Source: a virus
Taxonomy: Duplodnaviria; Caudoviricetes
Virus record (IMG/VR): IMGVR_UViG_3300028887_000090
Location: 37,852 to 101,851 of that record
DNA length: 64,000 nt
Reading direction: 5' to 3' (one strand)
Shown here: piece after piece, positions 58,279 to 64,000 of the stretch
Layout of the letters: each line of letters begins with the position of its first letter
Numbering within the stretch: position 1 is the stretch's first letter
The notes under the pieces: generated by a model
Told to the model about the DNA's origin: nothing
Database searches by the model: none
Seen by the model: the letters and a program-made list of their open reading frames with translations, nothing else
Translations under genes and position numbers: made by a program

Positions 58279-58860
58279 ATGAACAGTATCGTTACTTTCT
58301 TCCAGAACTTCTTCAGTTCCATCCCTCGCTGGATTGCCATGGGATTGGGGATCGTCTGGGCGTGGATGGAACCGACGCTCCCCTACGCCCTTATGTGTGT
58401 GTTCGCCGTCATCGTCGATTGTCTCACGGCATGGCGCTTAAACCGTCGCATCCGTCGCACGGTGCCCGAAGGTGGCGCTGATGGTAAACTGAAAAGTGCC
58501 AACATGTTCAAGATGATTTCCGACCTGGCGATTGTCTGGCTCTGTATTCTGTTGGCAGAAGGTGTCGATAACCACCTCTTAGGCCATTTCGGAGGGCTAC
58601 ACCTTGGTCAGTACATAGCAGCTATCTTCGTGCTCTGTACCTTCGTCTCGATCCTCGAAAACGAGTCATCGTGCAACTCATCCACATGGGCGCGTGTCGT
58701 ACAGAAAATCGTATGCTCCAAGGTAGAGCGCCACATCGATATGCGACCAGGCGAACTTGAAGAGATCCTGAAGGGCAAGGAGGCTGAAAAGAAGCCTCGC
58801 CGTCCCCGTAAGCCGAAGGCCCCAATGCCTCCTATGGAGCCACCTATGGATATGGAATAG
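58279..58860 (+). CDS. Phage holin (holin-4-like)
   Basis: Three TM helices; VDCLTAW, KLKS, SILENESS. Confidence 0.75.
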   Translation: MNSIVTFFQNFFSSIPRWIAMGLGIVWAWMEPTLPYALMCVFAVIVDCLTAWRLNRRIRRTVPEGGADGKLKSANMFKMISDLAIVWLCILLAEGVDNHLLGHFGGLHLGQYIAAIFVLCTFVSILENESSCNSSTWARVVQKIVCSKVERHIDMRPGELEEILKGKEAEKKPRRPRKPKAPMPPMEPPMDME

Positions 58861-58905
58861 TGTTAAGTATGTTGCTGTGCCACAGCAACCCAAACCGCAT
58901 CAGAT

Positions 58906-59556
58906 ATGAAAGCAAACCTGAGTGTAATTCTCGAACGATGGGCCGAGCTCTACGATGCCATCGGTCACAATCGCAAGTCAAAGGACGGTAAGAAGGAGAA
59001 AGCCTTCTACCTTATTCGTGCCATCAATGAGGACAATGAGTTTGTTCGCAACCAGAATACAGCCAAGTCGCCCTGCATCGCCTACAGCATCCTGATTGAT
59101 GCCGAAGGTACCAACAATCTTGTGGTCAACTACGAGCACACCATCTATTTCCTGATGCGCTCCAAGCAGACCTCCCTCGCCAAGAGCGCCCGTCAGGATG
59201 ACGAACAGTTTATGAATGTGCAGATGGCGATGGATGAGTTCGTACAGGATCTTCTCGCCTACCTCGCCAGACTGAAGCATACCGGCAAATGTCCCATCAC
59301 GGGTCAGACCTACGATGCTGCCACCATGCAGGCCCTCGCTGGCCTCCAGTTGGATAAGGCCAACTGGCTCAGTCTCGCCACGAAGTACAGCGGTTGGAAT
59401 GTCCTGGCACTCGCCATTGAGCAGAACCAGCCCCGCAATCTCAACTGCATCAACACCGACCAATACACCGTACCCACCGCCGAGCCTGCCACCCCACAGC
59501 AGCCCTCTGGCTCTGGTACCGACCCCAATACCGGCACCGATGCTGGAAACCCATAG
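58906..59556 (+). CDS. Hypothetical structural protein
   Basis: 216-aa ORF with a P/T/G-rich tail. Confidence 0.6.
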   Translation: MKANLSVILERWAELYDAIGHNRKSKDGKKEKAFYLIRAINEDNEFVRNQNTAKSPCIAYSILIDAEGTNNLVVNYEHTIYFLMRSKQTSLAKSARQDDEQFMNVQMAMDEFVQDLLAYLARLKHTGKCPITGQTYDAATMQALAGLQLDKANWLSLATKYSGWNVLALAIEQNQPRNLNCINTDQYTVPTAEPATPQQPSGSGTDPNTGTDAGNP

Positions 59557-59589
59557 TTGTTGTTCACAACTATATGCGGATTGACACTG

Positions 59590-59628
59590 CCCCGCTCTCG
59601 AACCCCCAACGTTCCTGAGCGGGGTTTT
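59590..59628 (+). terminator. Rho-independent terminator
   Basis: ccccgctc...gagcgggg stem followed by a T run. Confidence 0.7.
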
Positions 59629-59747
59629 CTTCCCCTTTTTTGTTAAATTTTTCGCCTTTTACTAAAATTCTTTCGCTTTTTCTTGTAAATATCGCAAATT
59701 CTTTTTATCTTTGCCACCGAAATTCAAATATTTATTTATTCCCGATT

Positions 59748-60119
59748 ATGGCAAAGACAAAGTTATCAACAAAGGATAAGGAGTTTACACCTGCCTGGTA
59801 CATTGCAAAGCGTGTGCTCCGTGCCTATGGTTTCAGTTACGAGCGTCTGGCAGAGCTGCTGGAGTGCTCCGTTACCTCTATTCACGATATGGTCAACTAT
59901 ACGCCCAACGTCTATCGTGTCTATCAGCTCTCCGTCGCTACTGGCATCCCCTTTACCGACTTCTTCGATCTCGAACTGATGAAGCAAAGCAGTGCGAACC
60001 ATGGTGACAGTCTTAATGATGGTTCAAAGGCCCCTGTGATTTCCGACGATGGCAACATTATCTTCCATTGTCCTGACTGTGGCGCAAAACTTAAAGTCAC
60101 ACAATTACCCGATGATTAA
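59748..60119 (+). CDS. XRE-type HTH regulator with C-terminal CxxC
   Basis: YERLAELLECSVTSI HTH; FHCPDCGAKL; own TATCTTTG promoter box at 59706-59713. Confidence 0.7.
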   Translation: MAKTKLSTKDKEFTPAWYIAKRVLRAYGFSYERLAELLECSVTSIHDMVNYTPNVYRVYQLSVATGIPFTDFFDLELMKQSSANHGDSLNDGSKAPVISDDGNIIFHCPDCGAKLKVTQLPDD

Positions 60120-60146
60120 TTCATTAACTCATTAATTCATACGTTT

Positions 60147-60641
60147 ATGAAAAAACTAATTATTTCCTTTCTCCTGATGGCTATTGCTGTCACCTCTGCC
60201 TCGGCTCAGGTAGAGTTCTCGAAGTTCAAGCTGACTACGGACAATCCCTTTGGAGCCTTCCCTGGTCGTAAGATGCTTAACACCAAGTTCAAGGTCACAG
60301 CCGACCGCGATTTGAAGTATGTGTTGGTGGATTTCTACATCGTGAATGCTGTTGGCGATGTAGTCTCTGGATTGCATACTGGCATCAAGTCTGATGACCA
60401 GGAGTTTGTTAAACCGAAGCGCATGGAGTGTACTGGCCCATTCGAGAAGGGTAAGTCCTTTTCGCCCTGGCTCAGTGGAGTTGTTACCGGTAACAACTAC
60501 ACGGCCTTCCCCTTCCAGATTCAGGTGATGTATATGGGTACCGACGAATGGATAGAGATACCCATTACCAAAGACAATATCAGTAAGTATTTCCCAAAGG
60601 TTCCCTGGATGGAGATCAATCGCAAAAACAAGCTGCTTTAA
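60147..60641 (+). CDS. Exported protein with signal peptide
   Basis: MKKLIISFLLMAIAVTSASAQ, a classical Sec signal. Confidence 0.75.
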   Translation: MKKLIISFLLMAIAVTSASAQVEFSKFKLTTDNPFGAFPGRKMLNTKFKVTADRDLKYVLVDFYIVNAVGDVVSGLHTGIKSDDQEFVKPKRMECTGPFEKGKSFSPWLSGVVTGNNYTAFPFQIQVMYMGTDEWIEIPITKDNISKYFPKVPWMEINRKNKLL

Positions 60642-60653
60642 CGAGCAGCTTTT

Positions 60654-60971
60654 TTAGTGTGCAAAGAAGCGCATGCCGTCGATCTCGATTACGAGGATAT
60701 CATAAATCCATCGGAATTGGCGTGACTCTACGAATTGCACCATGCGCATACCTTTACGACGGTCAACCTTCAGACATACACAGTTACCACGCTCCAAACG
60801 TCCGCTCTTGGTGACATACACAATATGGAATGGCACCCGCTGCAACTCTTTCGCGCCCAGCGGAGGATTGTAACCCGTGGTCAGCAGGCCCGTAGTCTTA
60901 TCGCGCCATTGGAACTTCTCGGTGTAGTTTCTGATGTGCTGATACGATGTAGATGGCTGTTTCGTTGGCAT
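60654..60971 (-). CDS. Hypothetical phage protein
   Basis: 105 aa; converges on a hairpin at about 60625-60655. Confidence 0.65.
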   Translation of the reverse strand: MPTKQPSTSYQHIRNYTEKFQWRDKTTGLLTTGYNPPLGAKELQRVPFHIVYVTKSGRLERGNCVCLKVDRRKGMRMVQFVESRQFRWIYDILVIEIDGMRFFAH

Positions 60972-60975
60972 ACGC

Positions 60976-61518
60976 TTATACGTTTAGGTCGATGGCCTTC
61001 ATGCCTGCGAAGGTCTTATAGACCACTGCCTGCACCTCACGGCCATAGAAGTCCTGGAGATAGTTGGTCATACGTGCCTCGATGTGCCGAGCCTCACGCA
61101 TAATCGATGGACGGTGCTGGTCGCCACCGCGAGAGTCCCAGATGGCCACGTAGCGTTTGTTATGCTTCGCCTTACGCTGGCGCTGGATGGTCTCAATCTT
61201 CTTACCACCCGCAGTACCCATATCCACGAAACGCAGGTGATCCAAAAAATCGATGCGGATGGTCTCGTTGCCTTCAGCAGCCGACATCACCTCATACTGA
61301 AACGAGTTGATACCCTGTCCGGTGGCGTACCAGTCGCCTGAGCCTGCCATCGCTTTCATTCTGCGACGCTCATTCACCTGCTTATAGCCAGGGTAGATCT
61401 CGTAGGGGTAGATGTGCTGCGTCCTGAAGTCACTCTCCAGCTGCTGCACGGCCTGCCGAGCAAACGACCTTAGCACTACGTTTATCGGTCTGCGAGGTTT
61501 GTCTAACTGTACTGCCAT
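60976..61518 (-). CDS. Hypothetical phage protein (neck/tail-completion-like); true start likely ATG 61518
   Basis: MAVQLDK...LRFVDMG; the longer ORF-track N-terminus runs through a promoter and a repeat array. Confidence 0.6.
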   Translation of the reverse strand: MAVQLDKPRRPINVVLRSFARQAVQQLESDFRTQHIYPYEIYPGYKQVNERRRMKAMAGSGDWYATGQGINSFQYEVMSAAEGNETIRIDFLDHLRFVDMGTAGGKKIETIQRQRKAKHNKRYVAIWDSRGGDQHRPSIMREARHIEARMTNYLQDFYGREVQAVVYKTFAGMKAIDLNV

Positions 61519-61541
61519 AATTCTATCTTTTATTGTCGCTA

Positions 61542-61577
61542 CAAAGTTACGCATTTTGCCCCCGTACCATGTGACTT
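61542..61577 (-). promoter_or_regulatory. Phage promoter AAGTCAC-N21-TAACTTTG (minus strand)
   Basis: Reverse-complement motif copy with 21-nt spacing. Confidence 0.65.
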
Positions 61578-61586
61578 TTCCTTTGC

Positions 61587-61663
61587 GTCGCACAAAATGG
61601 CAGTCCCGTCGCACAAAATGGCAGATGCGTCGCACGAACTGGCAGTTTTGTCGCACGAAGCTC
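61587..61663. repeat. Four 21-nt-period tandem repeats (GTCGCAC(A/G)AA..GGCAG)
   Basis: Copies start at 61587, 61608, 61629 and 61650. Confidence 0.85.
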
Positions 61664-61914
61664 CTTTTTGATGTTTATCGGTTCTTTGAAAAAATTAATT
61701 TTTTCTTTTCTCCGTTCCAAATTTGGTTTATATCAGGGAAATTCCGCTCTTTCCGCGAGGTTCTTTTGCGGCACCCTGCCGAAAATTGTGTGTAACTTTC
61801 TGATAATCAGAGGAACCATACGAAAAAAAACACCCCTATCTCACGCGAGACCCGCCGCCACAGTGGTTGCGCCTCCCCTCCCCCGTCCCCCTGGATCGGG
61901 TGCAAATATGCCGC

Positions 61915-62419
61915 CGGTGCCCTGAGGGGTGCCAGGGGTGCCCGTGTGTGTCTGATCTGGAGGCCGGACGGGTGCCAGGGTGCCCGTGTGTGCCTCCATG
62001 TGTCCGGACGGGTGCCAGATGTGCCAGGGGTGCCAGTTCTGGACGTGTGCCCGTTTGTATGCCTGAAGGGGTGCCCGTGTGTGTCTGATCCTGAAGGGGT
62101 GCCCGTGTGCCTCCATGAGTCCGGACGGGTGCCAGATGTGCCAGGGGTGCCAGTTCTGGACGTGTGCCCGTCTGTATGCCTGAAGGGTGCCAGGGGTGCC
62201 CGTGTGTGCCTCCATGTGTCCGGACGGGTGCCAGATGTGCCAGGGGTGTCAGTTCTGGACGTGTGCCCGTCTGTATGCCTGAAGGGGTGCCCGTGTGTGT
62301 CTGATCCTGAAGGGGTGCCCGTGTGCTTCCATGAGTCCGGACGGGTGCCAGATGTGCCAGGGGTGCCAGTTCTGGACGTGTGCCCGTCTGTATGCCTGAA
62401 GGGTGCCAGGGGTGCCCGT
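61915..62419. repeat. GC-rich GTGCC-based satellite array
   Basis: Subunit ccggacgggtgccagatgtgccagggg at 62004, 62121, 62220, 62337; 216-nt higher-order period. Confidence 0.9.
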
Positions 62420-62617
62420 TTTCATTTATTCATAAATTCATTAATTCATATATATATAATAATGTATATAATATAATTTTGTCAAGAAACACGAAAATTT
62501 TTCAAGAAAAACAAAAATTTTTCCGTTTTTTCTTGCAAGTTTAAAAATAATATTGTACCTTTGCAACATCAAATTTAATTAGTAACCGTGGCACCCGCCA
62601 CACAAATAAAAAAAGTT

Positions 62618-62974
62618 ATGGATAAAAAAAGTATTTCTTTATTCTTTGCTTTAATGAGTATAGCAAACGAAAACGCCGCCGGTTTTACGGTTAACGCTGA
62701 ATCTTTGCAGCCAGTTAAAAAGGGGTACGCCGTGGCCCTGGCTGAAACACAAAACAGTTTTAACGGGTACGGGCTTTTAAATGTTATTTCTTTCGTACAG
62801 AAAAACACCGGACGGGTTAACGCTTTCGGCGGCTGGCTGGACGAAAAAACGGGCCGTTATTATTGGGACGCTACAGTAATTTGTGAAGATCTGCAAACAG
62901 CTATAGATCTGGGCCGTCGTAATGGGCAAATAGCTATTTTTGATCTTGAAAACTTGCAAGAAATAAGACTTTAA
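62618..62974 (+). CDS. Hypothetical phage protein
   Basis: GFTV..GYAVA..ETQNSF..GGWLD..YYWDA..GQIAIFDL; TACCTTTG promoter box at 62556-62563. Confidence 0.75.
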   Translation: MDKKSISLFFALMSIANENAAGFTVNAESLQPVKKGYAVALAETQNSFNGYGLLNVISFVQKNTGRVNAFGGWLDEKTGRYYWDATVICEDLQTAIDLGRRNGQIAIFDLENLQEIRL

Positions 62975-63052
62975 TATTATAGGATCAGGGCCGGCCCTGG
63001 CTGGCCCTTTTAATAAATTCATATATTCATTAATTCATTAAATAATAAAGTT

Positions 63053-63370
63053 ATGGTTACAACATCTTATTTTTTCCAGAATTGCCGCGATGGTTTTAAT
63101 CATGTGGCCGTTTTAATGGTTAACGGTGAAATTATAAACCGTGCAAAAGTCCATTATATAAATAGAACGTGGGAAAGTTACAACGGACAAACGGCCCGCC
63201 GTCGTGTGTGTGCAAATGAGTTGGCACAAATGGAGGCCGCCGCCGTCCGTCGTGCAAAGGATCAGACGGGCCGCCGTCGTGTGTGTCCGGTGGTTAAAAA
63301 CGCCGCCGCCGTGATCCTGGCAAATAATAGTTTATATAATGATATTAAAAAACATTATAACAGTTTATAA
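63053..63370 (+). CDS. Hypothetical phage protein
   Basis: YINRTWESY motif; AT-rich codons. Confidence 0.7.
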   Translation: MVTTSYFFQNCRDGFNHVAVLMVNGEIINRAKVHYINRTWESYNGQTARRRVCANELAQMEAAAVRRAKDQTGRRRVCPVVKNAAAVILANNSLYNDIKKHYNSL

Positions 63371-63426
63371 GCTGCAATTATTCATATAATAATAATAGAT
63401 GTATAACTAATTAAATATTTTATAAT

Positions 63427-63762
63427 ATGTCACGTTTTGAAGAAATTAAAAAAGTATATAACAGTATTTTAAATAATGGTATTGTTAACACGTCCCGCAA
63501 AATTTCAAGTAATACACGTATTAATTCCAGGGCCGGACAAATAACAGTTATTTTGCATGATACGCCAGTTTTCCGGCTGGATCTGACGGCCCGCCGTGTG
63601 TCTCTTAATTCTGGAGGCTGGCACACTGTTACGACTCGAAAAGTTATAAATGAATGTTTGCAGGCGTGCGACCTGGACTCTAAATTTAATATTTCGTGTC
63701 GTGGTGGTTACTTTCTCATTAATGGCGTTAAAAGTCCGGCCTATAATGATTTTAATATTTGA
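63427..63762 (+). CDS. Hypothetical phage protein
   Basis: LNSGGWHTVTTRKVIN motif; followed by a terminator hairpin at about 63778-63808. Confidence 0.7.
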   Translation: MSRFEEIKKVYNSILNNGIVNTSRKISSNTRINSRAGQITVILHDTPVFRLDLTARRVSLNSGGWHTVTTRKVINECLQACDLDSKFNISCRGGYFLINGVKSPAYNDFNI

Positions 63763-63825
63763 TAGGATCGCGACAAATAAACCGGCCCGCCGTGGCCGGT
63801 TTTATTTTGCCGTGGTGCCCTTATT

Positions 63826-64000
63826 TGTGCCAGGGGTGCCCGTGTGCCCGTCTGACGGCCTGAAGGGTGCCAGGGGTGCCCGTGTGTGCCTCCATGTGTC
63901 CGGACGGGTGCCAGATGTGCCAGGGGTGCCAGTTCTGGACGTGTGCCCGTTTGTATGCCTGAAGGGGTGCCCGTGTGTGTCTGATCCTGAAGGGGTGCCC
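63826..64000. repeat. Second copy of the GTGCC satellite array (runs off the window)
   Basis: Near-identical to the 61975-62100 and 62180-62320 units. Confidence 0.9.

Noticed and set aside
61587-62419. Possible CRISPR array
   Set aside because: The repeats are contiguous or separated by repeated, not unique, sequence; there are no 30-40 nt unique spacers and no cas genes.
61841-62476. ORFs 61946..62476 (+), 61867..62088 (+) and 61841..62215 (-)
   Set aside because: They are translations of the satellite repeat, with low-complexity repeated peptides and no plausible initiation context.
1-64000. Alternative genetic code (stop-codon reassignment, as in some gut phages)
   Set aside because: Genes are long and intact under the standard code, and TAG, TGA and TAA all terminate genes at tight junctions; fragmentation at 1-2910 is explained by G-run frameshifts and overlapping starts.
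1-64000. tRNA/rRNA genes, integrase or att sites
   Set aside because: None recognised by eye; lifestyle (temperate or lytic) cannot be decided from this window despite the antirepressor and XRE genes.

Overview
This 64 kb window reads as part of a large tailed phage (or prophage) of a Bacteroidota host, probably Prevotella-like. It has TAnnTTTG promoters, the standard genetic code and almost all genes on the + strand. Recognisable modules: tape measure, S49 head protease/scaffold, capsid, tail tube, terminase, portal, tail/fibre proteins, amidase and holin, primase-like protein, ThyX, dUTPase, a Dam-like N6 methylase, a DUF2829/Tad2-like protein, and an ACP plus beta-ketoacyl synthase pair. 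It also carries a complete diversity-generating retroelement (TR 36842-36960, VR 36326-36444, 24 mismatches all at TR adenines, RT downstream). The most striking feature is at 1-2910. There a circularly permuted C5-cytosine methyltransferase core without its own specificity region is flanked by at least eight overlapping 49-84 codon mini-ORFs that look like stand-alone target-recognition domains (TRDs). Each mini-ORF carries its own G7-G9 tract that sets it in or out of frame (five ON, three OFF as assembled). This suggests a combinatorial, phase-variable, multi-specific phage methylation system. Also notable are a phage-specific promoter class (GTCAC-N21-TAnnTTTG, eight copies with exact spacing), an origin-like 1 kb intergenic region, and GC-rich satellite repeats flanking an AT-rich gene cassette at the right end. 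All functional calls come from motifs read by eye; no searches were run.
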